Positions 1-11,770 of a stretch of DNA of 64,000 bases are shown piece after piece. The position numbers were made by a program, and so were the translations under genes. The notes beneath the pieces were generated by a model that had not been told where the DNA came from, did not search any database, and saw only the letters and a list, made by a program, of their open reading frames with translations. Source of the DNA: Octopus sinensis. Lineage: Eukaryota. Every line of letters starts with the position of its first letter. Within the stretch, counting starts at the first letter, position 1. Location of the stretch: assembly GCF_006345805.1 (NCBI RefSeq), contig NC_042998.1, positions 34,658,001-34,722,000 on the forward strand. The letters run 5' to 3'.

Positions 1-159
1 TAAAACCCTGAGATTTTCCGATGGCTGGATAACTGAAGAGATGGTGGCATGGATTTCCACCTCAACATCCAAAACTCGGAGTTTTATCTTGGCTACCGAG
101 TAATTGTCACATATTAACATTTACAGATATATATATTTATTTATGTGTATGTGTCTATG

Positions 160-360
160 TTTGTCCTCCACCACTGCTTGGCAACTTGTGTTAGTGTGTT
201 TATATCCCCGTAACTTAGCAATTTGGCAAAAGAATCTAATAAAGTAAGAACGAGGCTTTTTAAAAAAAAAAATGAAAATAAGAACTGGGATTGATTTGTT
301 TCAACTAAAAATTCTTCAAGGTAATGACCCAAGATGGCTGCACTCTAATGACTAAAAAAA
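160..360 (+). mobile_element. Diverged SINE family A tail
   Basis: GTGTTTATATCCCCGTAACTTAGC...GGCAAAAGA and the downstream tail motif. Confidence 0.55.
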
Positions 361-1319
361 AAGTTACACATGCACACATACATCTAATGACCGAAACAAA
401 CAAACATTACACACATGCACACACACGTTTATGCTCATATCATCTCTACTTAGGAAAAGAGAATGAATGAATGTGATGAGAGACAGAAGGAAATCTTCTA
501 TAATGATTTCGATTATATTCCATATTGAAACAACAGTTTTCATCTCTGTATTGGCATTCTCCAAAAATTACATTGCCAACATTTATATCTTTCTATAAAA
601 GGACCAAATTACGCATTCCGTAATCTGTACTGGAATGCACAGAAGCAGTCTGGATGTCCTGTTGGCTCATGCACAGTTCTTATAACTAATTGGTCTGATG
701 CAAACAGGAAGCAATTTCTCCATATCTATTATCCTGTTTAGATCTTCTATTACGTTTGTTTATTATTATTATTATTACTACTATTATTATTATCATTAGC
801 AGCCAAGGAATTGCATCGTCTAATTCTATATTCTTTTTATTCTTTACTCTTTTACTGACTTCAATCATTGGACTGCACCCGCTTCAAATATTTTGGTTGT
901 TTATATACAGGCCCAGTGGCAGTCTGGGTCTAAAAATATTGGTTGCCAGGAGACTGGGGGGGGGGGCACCTGCAACTACAATCCAATCATTTTTATTTTT
1001 TTAATTTTTTGTTGAAAGTGTTCTTTTCAACTGTCTACAAACACAGCCAGGCTGAAATAATTAATGCCTTCTTCCAGGGGTGAATAAAAAATTCTCAAAC
1101 TTGAGGGGATGGGCCCCCATATATGGATTCTACTGGCACAGGTGCCTATTGCCATTGGACAAGCTGGCAGCCTGACCAGTCTGCCACTGTACAGGCCCAA
1201 GTTAATCTGCAAATTGGTAGATATAAATATCAGCCCAGTTTCGAACTGCTCGTTAAGAATTTTAACAATCAGTGTATTATACATATGATTTATGGACCTG
1301 GGTGAATTACAGGTATATG

Positions 1320-1613
1320 TTATTTGTTTGTTCCATCTCAAGCCATGCCTGGCTCATAAGGGCCGGTTTCTCGGTTTCCTTGGCGTATAGGTTCCCCACC
1401 TGGATGGGATGCCAGTCTGTCGCAGGTGAGCTGCAAGATGCAGGAGGAAAGAGTGAGAGAAAGTTGTGGTGAAAAAGTCAGCAGAAGTTCGCCATTACCT
1501 TCAGCTGGAGCAGCGTGGAGCTTAGGTGTTTCGCTCATAAACACACACATCGCCCGGTCTGAGATTTGAACCTGCGATCCCTCGACCACGAATCCACTGC
1601 TCTAACCACTAGG
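1320..1613 (-). mobile_element. tRNA-derived SINE (third family)
   Basis: Minus strand: CCTAGTGGTTAGAGCAGTGG (box A)...GGTTCAAATCTC (box B)...GACTGGCATCCCATCCAGG...GAAACCGGCCCTTATGAGCC...(AAAC)n tail. Confidence 0.7.
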
Positions 1614-1780
1614 TTATATATGTAACATATATACTTGTAGATTTGAGATTTATCTACCAAACCTTGCTCTGAACTTGAAAATCACAGTAGACAGTAACAC
1701 ACTCTCACTGGTAAATGACTGTGTACATCGAGTTGGTGAGTCACGTCACTACTCAAACGATATCAATATTGAGGTTATAG

Positions 1781-2443
1781 TAAAGTGGCGAGATGGCAGA
1801 AATGTTAGCACACCAGGCAAAATGCTTAGTGGTATTTTGTTTGTCTTTACATTCTGAGTTCAAATTCCGCCGAGGTCAGTTTTGCCTTTCGTCCTTTGGT
1901 GTCAATAAATTAAGTACCAGTTGCGTACTGGAGTCGATCTATTTGATTGGCCTCCTCTCCCAAAATTTCGGGCCTTGTGCTTAGAGTAGAAAAGAATTTG
2001 TATTAAATTAAAGGCAGTGAGCTGGCAGAAATGTCATCACGCCGGGTGAAATGCTTAGCAGTATTTCATCTGTCTTTACGTTCTGAGTTCAAATTCCATC
2101 GAGGTCGACTTTGCCTTTCTTCCTTTCAGGGTTGATAAATTAACTACCAGTTACATACTGGGGGCGATCTAATCAACTAGCCCCTTCCCCCCAAATTTCA
2201 GGCCTTGTGCCTAGAGTAGAAAAGAATATCAATATTGATGCTATAATAAGGCAGTGAGCTGGCAGAAACGTTAGCATGCCTGACGAAATGTCTTTATGTT
2301 CTGAGTTCAAATTCCGCCGAGGTTGACTTTGCTTTTCGTCCTTTCAGGGTCGATAAATTATGTACCAGTTGAATACTGGGGTCAATCTAATCAACTGGCC
2401 CCCTCCCCAAAAAATTCAGGCTTGTGCCTAGAGTAGATAAGAA
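1781..2443 (+). mobile_element. Three head-to-tail copies of tRNA-derived SINE family B
   Basis: Copies at 1781-1996, 2011-2226 and 2248-2443: AAGGCRGYGAGCTGGCAGAA...GAGTTCAAATTCC...GGTCGACTTTGCCTTT...AGTACCAG...GGCCTTGTGC. Confidence 0.85.
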
Positions 2444-2782
2444 TATTGATGTTCTAAATGACCACATGGTGATGATGTTATGCATCAATTCAATTCTGCT
2501 ACAAACCTGATGCAAGTGTAGCTAGATATTATCTTATCAGTTCATATACACACAGCTTCCCCATCCATGTGCAATTTTCTATCAGCTAGCTGTAATGATA
2601 ACGTTTATTAGACGTTGCATATATTCCCAGTCAATCAGGAGTGGTGATTTACAAGTACCAATTATTTCATCTATTCTCAGCATAGATTATAGAAACACAT
2701 TGCTATGTTATCTCTGGTTTTGAGACATGACCAGACTGTTGAGATTGTTTCAGCTAAATGCTTATACGTTATTATCATTATT

Positions 2783-2999
2783 AAGGGGACGAACTGGCAG
2801 AATTGTTAACATACGGGATAAAGTGCTTGGCAGCATATTTATTTGTCTTTACATTCTGATTTCAAAACCCCACCAAGGTCACCTTGCTTTTTATCCTTTC
2901 TGGGTCAATAAAATAATTCTCAACTGGACCCTGGGATTGATGTAATTGACTTGACCCTCCTCGAATTTTTGCTGGCCTTGTGCCAAAATTTGAAACCAT
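2783..2999 (+). mobile_element. SINE family B (diverged)
   Basis: Same consensus. Confidence 0.7.
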
Positions 3000-3012
3000 T
3001 ATTATTATTATT

Positions 3013-3495
3013 GAGTGAGAGAGCAGTGCATGCCATCAAAGCCCAACATACCCATCATGACTACCTGTTTGATAAGGGTATACTAGGCACATGCATCACA
3101 ATCATATGTGCATGACATGGTGATCTCATATCAAGATAAATAGCACATGACCTTGCAGGTGGGATCCAGTTACAATTTTCTTCAGATTGGGTAGCCCATC
3201 CCACTCAAAAGATCTCTGAATAAGGGTTGTTTAAGGATGTTAAATGAAACACCCATGTTTCCAAAGTGATGCTCCCCCACTACTTCTACTCGTGATCAGA
3301 GATGCACATATCATCAGCCACTAAGGGACATGCTCAACTGGTTAAGGTCAAACAACTGACAAGCAAATCTGTGGTACTGAGCAGAATATTTGCTGTAGCC
3401 CATCTTTTATACCAAGACAAAACAATGTACATGATAACACTTCCAATCAGTTAAGACCAGAAGCCATGAGAGCCATTGCCTGATACTGCATATTA
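3013..3495. repeat. Probable unclassified interspersed repeat
   Basis: Mid-complexity block bounded by (ATT)n runs on both sides; no ORF; only one copy in the window. Confidence 0.35.
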
Positions 3496-3881
3496 TTATT
3501 ATACCTATGTTTATTTTGATATTAAAAGCGGAAAACATTTTGGAGCTGTGTCTGCACCCACTAAACAAATTTTGTTCCTGCTAGATTTAACAGCAAAATC
3601 TCTCTCAAATGACATGCTGTAATCATAAAAAAGGAAGGACATATTGGATAAGGTAGATTTAGATAGACTATTTCGGGGGGGGGGGGGGGAATGAGTGGAT
3701 GGTCATAACTGTAATGTCTTTGGTAATAGGTCTGTTTGATAAGAGAGGATTTTGCTATTTCTGTTGTTTATCGTGGTGGATTATACTTACCTGTACTCTT
3801 TATCTACAACTACATATATTTCACTTCTTGTCTATAAACATCTTATGATACCAACATTGGTATATTAATTTAGACCATCCT

Positions 3882-4300
3882 TATTTCTTTATTGCCCATA
3901 AGGGGCTAAACATAGAGAGGACAAACAAGGACAGACAAAGGGATTAAGTCGATTACATCGATCCCAGTGCGTAACTGGTACTTAATTTATCGACCTCCCA
4001 CAATGATGAAAGGCAAAGTCGACCTCGGCGGAATTTGAACTCAGAACGTAGCGGCAGACGAAATACCTATTTCTTTATTACCCACAAGGGGCTAAACATA
4101 GAGGGGACAAACAAGGACAGACATAGGTATTAAGTCGATTACATCGACCCCAGTGCGTAACTGGTACTTAATTTATCGACCTCTATAGGATGAAAGGCAA
4201 AGCTGACCTCGGCGGAATTTGAACTCAGAATGTAGCGGCAGGCGAAATACCGATAATCATTTTGCCCGGCGCGCTAACGTTTCTGCCAGCTTGCTGCCTT
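3882..4300 (-). mobile_element. Dimeric SINE family B (young)
   Basis: Truncated unit 3882-4067 plus full unit 4068-4300; CpGs retained; flanking duplication AATTT(AGT)AGACCATCCT at 3867-3881 and 4301-4318. Confidence 0.85.
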
Positions 4301-4954
4301 AATTTAGTAGACCATCCTATCAATTGTAACTATTCAAATACATAATGAGACACCTCGTAGCTTTTAACTGATTATTACCTGACCTTTGTGATTCCATGGA
4401 CTGTGTTAATAGAAAGACAGATTGGCAGAACAGATCCTTCTCCCTCTAAGATCTTAAATACAGCTGGAAATCATAACGATTCATAAGTGAATTGAAATTG
4501 CTCAACTGGGAATCAAACCAGCATTATGGACTAAACTTTGCCAAAAGTTCCCCATTACGCCATAGGAGCACCCCATACAACTTATTCAAACACACCTTGT
4601 TCATGAGAAATATTTTTATTTTTAACTTATAAATTGTTAAATAATGATTACAAAATCGCTACATTCAAGTTTTTCATATCTAGAACTCATTAAAATCGCT
4701 GCTGCTGTTGCTTATGAAGAGGTTGAAGGAGGGGCAGGAGATAATTTTGGTTATGATAATGATGGCAGCAATGCTGAGCTATATCAAAAACAATTATATT
4801 ATGTAAATTCCTGAAGCAATAAATTAACTGATTAATTAATTTGTGGCATAAAGTGCTTAGAAGATATATTAATTGCATGTGAAACAATCTGATATACATA
4901 TGATATCATGTGTGCATAATATGCTCCATTTTATACATATAATTATAATAATGT

Positions 4955-5027
4955 GTACATATATATGAATCTCTATAAATATATACACATTTATCTATCT
5001 ATATATATATATATATATACACACTTT

Positions 5028-5061
<34 letters not shown>

Positions 5062-5365
5062 CACACTTTTATCTATCTATCTATCTATCTATATATATAT
5101 ATACACACTTTTATTTATCTATATATATATACACTTTTATCTATCTATCTATCTATCTATATATATATATATACACTTTTATCTATCTATCTATATATAT
5201 ACACTTTTATCTATCTATCTATATATACACTTTTATCTATCTATATATATATATATATATATATACACTTTTATCTATCTATCTATATATATACACTTTT
5301 ATCTATCTATCTATATATACACTTTTATCTATCTATCTATATATATATATATATATATATACACT

Positions 5366-5397
<32 letters not shown>

Positions 5398-5439
5398 TAC
5401 ACTTTTATCTATCTATCTATATATATATATATATACACT

Positions 5440-5471
<32 letters not shown>

Positions 5472-5491
5472 CATACACTTTTATCTATCTA

Positions 5492-5532
<41 letters not shown>

Positions 5533-5700
5533 TTTTATTTACCTATCTATCTATATATATATATATATATATATATACATACACTTATCTATCTATCTAT
5601 CTATCTAACTATATATATACACTTTTATCTATCTATCTATATATATATATATGTATGTATATGTGTGTGTATGTATATGTATGTGTGTATGCCTACATTA
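4955..5700. repeat. Compound (TA)n/(CTAT)n minisatellite with ACACTTTT anchors
   Basis: Repeated ACACTTTTATCTATCTATCT(AT)n units; explains the spurious 253-aa ORF. Confidence 0.9.
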
Positions 5701-5860
5701 CATATGTACATTAAAATAAGTTTCTTTATTAATCACATTACCACCAATTAAAGTTTTTCTGCTGATTTGACATCCATCAGATGAGGTTTTAATGAATAAG
5801 ACTTTTTGAAATTAAAAAATGGTAAGTGGTTCCGTGATGACACGCTACATTGCAAGTGAG

Positions 5861-6058
5861 CATCATCATCATCATCATCATAATTAACGTCTGCTTTCCA
5901 TGCTGGCATGGGTTGGATGGTTTGACAGGAGCTGACAAGGCTGGAGGGCTGCACCAAGCTCCATTTGTCTGCTTTGGTATGGTTTCTATGGTCGGATGCC
6001 CTTCCTAATGCCTACCATTTTACAGAGTGTACAGGGTGCTTTTTTGTGGCACCAGCTC
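5861..6058 (-). mobile_element. Family C RTE 3'-end copy
   Basis: (CAT)n followed by TTAACGTCTGCTTTCCATGCTGGCATGGGTTGG...GGATGCCCTTCCTAATGCC. Confidence 0.75.
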
Positions 6059-6112
6059 AGGTTCTTTTCCACTTGTTGCTGTTGAACCTATGAACAACCC
6101 TGCTTAGACATA

Positions 6113-6556
6113 CAGGGTGCAGCAGAAATACCTTATTTCTTTACTAGCCACAAGGGGCTAAAGACAGAGGGGACAAACAAGGATAGACAAAGGGATTAAG
6201 TTGATTACATCGACCCCAGTAGCTAACTAGTACTTAATTTATTGACCCCGAAAAGCTGAAAGGCAAAGTCAACCTCGGCAGAATTTGAACTCAGAACATA
6301 ACGGCAGACAAAATACGGCTACGCATTTCACCCGGTGTGATAATGTTTCTGCCAGTCGCCACCTTATACCTTCCACATTTGAAAGGTTGACAAAAGGAAA
6401 AAGAAACAACATTTATGAAAATTAATTTTACTGTTGTTTAAACAAAGGGTTACAGTTTTTGTTCATTAGCTAAATGAAAACTTCATTGGCACTTGCATAA
6501 GTTAGCAACACATAAGTGAAAGTTTAAACTGTGGGAGGTATTTCTACCACACCCTG
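6113..6556. mobile_element. Tc1/mariner-like MITE
   Basis: TA|CAGGGTG...CACCCTG|TA; terminal inverted repeat of about 30 bp (CAGGGTGYRGYAGAAATACCTYCCACA) once the SINE is removed. Confidence 0.7.
6135..6365 (-). mobile_element. SINE family B inserted into a MITE terminal repeat
   Basis: 7-bp duplication ATACCTT at 6128-6134 and 6366-6372. Confidence 0.85.
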
Positions 6557-7320
6557 TATATTAAAGGCCACCAACTATGATCATTCCATCTTTTTCTGTG
6601 TGCAGGAAACCCAGAACTATATTTTCTAACATTTTGCTTTAAGACAATAGATTTGGTTGCTACAAGTCACATGATCATCCAGAGATTTCTTTATCAGCTT
6701 ACAAATTTCCGTTGACTCAGTTGAGCTCTAATTTGCTTTGTAGAAAGTTTACGGAACAGAATTGCAATGTGTGCGTGTATCTTCGTTTAGGTGCCATGTT
6801 CAGAATGTAAGCAATCGTGTCCTACCACAATTCTCAGTTCATAAAACAGAATATTTGGGCAGATAGCACCAGACTAAATGTTAAAGAGTTAATGCAATAA
6901 GATTTGGAAGGAATGAGATTTGGCTGCTATTTCTAACAGATCAAATAGCTATGAAGAGATATTCCTGAATTATTTCATTATTTAATTGTTTTAGATGTGT
7001 GTTGATATAGATATTCAGGTAAGTTTTCTCAGATAATTTACAAGCAGGTTTATTTTCTTGATAATCGTAACTGATTAGTCAGGCAGCTGGCCAAAGCATC
7101 AGTTTCCTGTATGTCATCACTGGCATTGTACTTTTGCTGTCTCAGAGTACCTTGTTGCTAAAAAGAAATCTCTCGTGCTTTGCATGAAGTAAGAGCATTG
7201 TGTAATTACTTGGGAGTTTGAGGGTAAATTTTTTTGTATAAGCTTCAGTAATAATAGAATTACTTAGGCTATTATTGTTTTATCTGTTGTAATACCACCA
7301 TGCCAGGATGGTTTATTGGA

Positions 7321-7595
7321 CCATTCGAACGTGGCCGATGCCAGCGCCGCCTTGACTGGCTTCTGTGCCGGTCGCACGTAAAAAGCACAAACCGATTGTG
7401 GCCGTTGCCAGCCTCACCTGGCACATAAAAAGCACCCACTACACTCACGAAGTGGTTGGCATTAGGAAGGGCATCCAGCTGTAGAAACACTGCCAGATCA
7501 GACTGGAGCCTGGTGCAGCCTCCTGGCTTCCCAGACCCTGGTCAAACCATCCAACCCATGCTAGCATGGAAATCGGATGTTAAATGATGATGATG
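7321..7595 (+). mobile_element. Family C RTE 3'-end copy
   Basis: ...TAGGAAGGGCATCCAGCTGTAGAAAC...CCCATGCTAGCATGGAAA...(GAT)n. Confidence 0.8.
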
Positions 7596-8279
7596 CATTA
7601 GTAAACTGTTTTACTACCCCCTCTGTTTTTTTCAATTCTGAGGCACCACCATCAAAACTAATGCTTGTTTCAGCCAAAACAAGTTCATTTAATTTCACTG
7701 CAGGTATTTTATGGTGTCAGTACATTAATTTCCACCTACCTCAGTTTACCTCAATGTCAGGAATAGATTCAATCAGATTATGTGGATTATAAGGAAGCAT
7801 CATCTGTAGGAGACTGTTTTCCTTTCCAGTGAGTTGATAATCCAAGTTTTTGGATAAAATCTCAAGTTTCATAAAAGCATGAAACTATTAGTAGCTTTTT
7901 TGGTTGTATATTTAATTTGATATATGTGTGTACGTGCATATATATATATATATATATACACACACGTTTGTGCATATGTGTGTATGTATATATATATATA
8001 CACACGTTTGTGGATATGTGTGTATGTATATATATATATATATTTATAATTTAATAAATAAAATATATGCATACATACATACATATATGTACGTACCTAC
8101 ATCTACATGTATATATACATGTAGATGTAGGTACTTACATATATGTATGTATACATATATTTTATTTATTAAATTATTGCATGACTGAGTGCCCTCGCGT
8201 CGTTTCATTTCTTTTCTTTTCTCCAAGTAAGTTTATATATATATATATATATATGTTTGTGCATATGTGTGTGTGTATG

Positions 8280-8315
<36 letters not shown>

Positions 8316-8598
8316 TATACACACATATACATGTATATATATATACATATGTATATATACAACAACACCTTAATGTTTTAGAGATATTTGTAAATTTTTA
8401 TATTGTGATAGGTTTGTAGAAATCTGTAAATTAAGTGTATATAGGCAATAATCCCATAAGATTCATCTGTTGATTTATACAAGGGGTCAGGTTTATATCC
8501 ATGGACTCCGTTAATCTCTGACTGGAGATATTAGTGATATCTTCCATGGAACTTTCACTTTGTTACTTTTGCATTTAAAACGCATTAACTATTAATAG

Positions 8599-8990
8599 GA
8601 ACAGGAGTGGCTGTGTGGTAAGTAGCTTGCTTACCAACCACAATGTTCCAGGTTCAGTCCCACTGCATGGCACCTTGGGCAAGTGTCTTATACTATAGCC
8701 TCGGGCCCACCAAAGCCTTGTGAGTGGATTTGGTAGACAGAAACTGAAAGAAGCCCATCGTATATATGTATGTGTGTGTCTCTATTTGTCTGTCTCCCCC
8801 CACCCCCCGCCAACATCGCTTGACAACTGCTGGTGGTGTGTTTACATCCTCGTAAATTAGCAGTTCAGCAAAAGAGACCGATAGAATAAGTACTGGGCCT
8901 ACAAAGTATAAGTCCTGGGGTTGATTTGCTCGACTAAAGGTGGTGCTCCAGCATGGCCGTAGTCAAATGACTGAAACAAGTAAAAGAGTA
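8599..8990 (+). mobile_element. tRNA-derived SINE family A
   Basis: Head AGGAGTGGCTGTGTGG (box A-like) and GGTTCAGTCCC (box B-like); CCTTGGGCAAGTGTCTT core; internal (TA/TG)n; tail GCTCCAGCATGGCCG...GAAACAAGTAAAAGA. Confidence 0.85.
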
Positions 8991-9046
8991 TTTGCAAAAC
9001 ATTTGTCACAAAGACAGTTACTTTATAATCATTTTGTTTTTCCACT

Positions 9047-9300
9047 TAACTCTTTTAGTATTCACGATGATAATGATGACAGCAATTACCGTGTCAAATA
9101 TAATGCTTATTTAACATTATTTTTAATTAATCCTGCATTATCTCATAGCTTCAGAGATTTCAATGTGATTGTTTATTTTTAGAATGACATCGTAGGGTAA
9201 GTGTGAGAAGCCTGATCTGGCTGATTTGACCATAAGAGGTAAAATGATTGGGGCCTGATATGGCCAGCATAAATAATAAAGGGCTGAACAAATATTACAT
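9047..9300. mobile_element. piggyBac-like MITE; related copy at about 18682-18905
   Basis: Begins TTAAC-(C/T)CTTT and ends AAAGGG. The two copies share TTTTTAGAATGACAT(C/T)GTAG and GGGCCTGATATGGCC. Confidence 0.5.
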
Positions 9301-9422
9301 GAATTATGTTGAAATTAATAGATTCCATGTTTTTTCTTTACCGTTTTTTTTAGAGTTTTGGTTTCAGTTTGTTTTGTTCTTTGACTTAATTCAATCTTTT
9401 TGTTTGTTTTTTTTCTTCCTAG

Positions 9423-9524
9423 AACAAGGATGACCGCTTAACATTTGATGAGTTCCTTGAGGGCTCTAAGAAGGATCCAACGATTATTCAAGCTCTGACT
9501 CTTTACGATGGGGGTCGACTCTGA
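9423..9524 (+). CDS. NCS1: Terminal coding exon of neuronal calcium sensor-1 (frequenin/aplycalcin-like EF-hand protein); upstream exons not found in the window
   Basis: A long polypyrimidine tract and AG (9421-9422) precede a phase-0 frame [36 protein letters not shown]. This matches the EF-hand-4 loop and C-terminal helix of the NCS-1 family (vertebrate [32 protein letters not shown], recalled from memory). Not in the ORF track because it has no ATG. Confidence 0.88.
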   Translation, partial: NKDDRLTFDEFLEGSKKDPTIIQALTLYDGGRL

Positions 9525-11610
9525 TGTATGTCCCGCGTGACGAATCAAGCGTTGTCACCTTCATTGGACTCTGCCCATAAAGCGCTGTTATTTTATTTTA
9601 TATTCTTCACTCTATCAGAATCTCAACTAACAATAAAACACATAAGAAACAGTTCTAAGAAATACAATTTAACTTTATAAAGAAATCGAACAAAGAAGAA
9701 AACCAAGGGAAAATAATTAAAAGATACAGTGAAAAAAAAAAAAAAAGTGAGATGAAAAACATACTGAAAGCGAGAACAATTAAACCAAATGATGAATTTG
9801 AAAGGAAGAATTAAAGACAAGGGGTCTTTTTTTTTTGTAAAATTTCTGATATTGTAACCATGGTTATGTTATGGTTACATCCTTACATGAGTTTCCATAA
9901 GGAAATGTTGAGCATCTCAGCCAAACTTTATAGCAATGTCGTAAACATCACTGCCATTGCTTTCTCAGCCAATACATTTATGTATTTTTTCCATCTGTAT
10001 CGCTTTTTACCTTTCCAAATTATGCTTTTTTCTTTTTAAATCTCTATTTACCACTACTTACATCTTTGTTCCATATTTCTCTATTTATCTACCTCCATCT
10101 ATCTTTCACTAATTTTACTTCTCTTTCTATTTCATCCCTTCTAAAATTAAACCTATCTTTTCCCCCGTGTCCTTTCAGCTAAATGGACTTACCTTTACAG
10201 CTTCTTTTTGTAATTCTAAATAAAAGGAAAAAAAAAAAAAATTAAACAAAAGGTTTTAACCTGGCCTCCTTTTTCTCCTGTTCTTGTGCTACTCTTCTCT
10301 TGGAATTTCTTTCTTTCAAACCCCACCCATCTTCTCTTTTTCCTTTTTTTGCCTTTACTTACTCTAATCAACCACAACATTCTTTCTCACTGTAGCTAAT
10401 GCATAAACACAACACCACAAAGACATTAGAGAATGGTTGCAGTGATTCCTTACATCTGCAACCGTTGCTACATCCTATATCAATTACTTTCCAATTTTCT
10501 TTCTGTTTCGCTTTATGCAGAGTCAGACAATAGCATGGATTCTTAAATACTGTTGTTCTTGTTGTTATTTATTTTTTTTCATTGTTATTGTTACATTTCT
10601 GTATGTGTGCACAAGTATGCAATGTGCTTCTGTGAGTGTGTGCGAGTGAATGTTTGGTGTGTCTTCTTGTATATAAGTGTATTCTCCAGAATTTCCTCTG
10701 TCAAAGATCTTCATATATCTTGGCATGATTCTCTCTTCCCTTCTCTCTCTCTTTCATATATATATATGTGCATATATATATACATACATACATATATATA
10801 TACATGTATATACATGTACAAACACACATGCTTAGGCGTACATTTATATATGCCTGTAGATGTGTTGTATGTATGATTTTTCTAAAAACTATTTTAGATG
10901 AAAAAAAGGAAAATAAGATTAGTCTCTTTCAATTTTTGAAATAATTTCTTCCAAAATTTAACTGGTTTCCTTTTATAAGCAAACCAATTTTTTTAAACTG
11001 TTTCTCTAAAACAATTTTTAAAAAAAAAAGTTAAATATGTCTTTAATATTTAATAACTAGAACCATTTTAACTCAGTCATTTTAATTATCTTACAATGTT
11101 GAGCTTTCATTTTATTTTAGCATGGAATTTTTTACACACACCCCTTCCCCCACTCTAACATTTTTGCCTTAAGAAAAATAGCTATCATTGGATTTATAGG
11201 TTCTAAACATCAAAGAGTCGGAATCTGCTCTTTATTTATCTTCATTTGAATTGGTCACAGTTAGAATTTACAGCTCTAGTGGTTTCACTTACACACACAC
11301 ACACACTCACACACATATTTTGTTCATATATGAAGCGCATAAATATATGTTTGAAAGTGTTAGTTTGTTTTACTTTCTGACAATTTAAAATGCTGTTATT
11401 TCAGTTTCAATTCCTTAATGATGGAAAATGTAATTTCAGATGCCAACAATATATTTATGTGCTTCAAATGCAAACAAAATATGTTTCTATACAAAAATGA
11501 AGAATCACAATTTTAAATCCTCTTATTGGGAAGAGATTTCAGATTTAAATTTTTATTTCATTTATAAAGAAGTTTGTTTTCACAAATTCTGAGTCCCTGA
11601 ATGTTTAAAA

Positions 11611-11770
11611 CAGTGGTTTTCTACTGTAGCTCCCAGGGCCATATCTGGCCCTCAAGCATCCTTCTATAAATGTTTTTTTTTTTTTTAATTGACCTATGTT
11701 TTACTTTTTTTGGTGTGCCCCCCCCCCATTTTGGATCTGGCCCAGATATTAAAAAGGTTAAGAACCACTA
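11611..11770. mobile_element. hAT-type MITE in the putative 3' UTR
   Basis: Ends CAGTGGTTTTC / AAGAACCACTA; 8-bp flanking duplication GTTTAAAA / GTTTACAA. Confidence 0.65.

Noticed and set aside
4953-5714. 253-aa ORF and the many similar Y/I/H/T/C/V-rich ORFs (e.g. 24078-24507, 26476-27095, 42007-43047, 57053-57337, 59700-60388)
   Set aside because: Translations of (TA)n/(CA)n/(CTAT)n tracts, which lack stops in several frames; no coding signal.
7867-7945. 70-bp segment with an inverted counterpart at about 20805-20872
   Set aside because: Most simply two copies of a small dispersed repeat 13 kb apart; no evidence of functional pairing.
1-9420. Upstream NCS-1 exons (e.g. the ENTPEKRV..IF..MDK exon)
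   Set aside because: Scanned by eye without a match; presumed to lie upstream of the window, though a short exon could have been missed.
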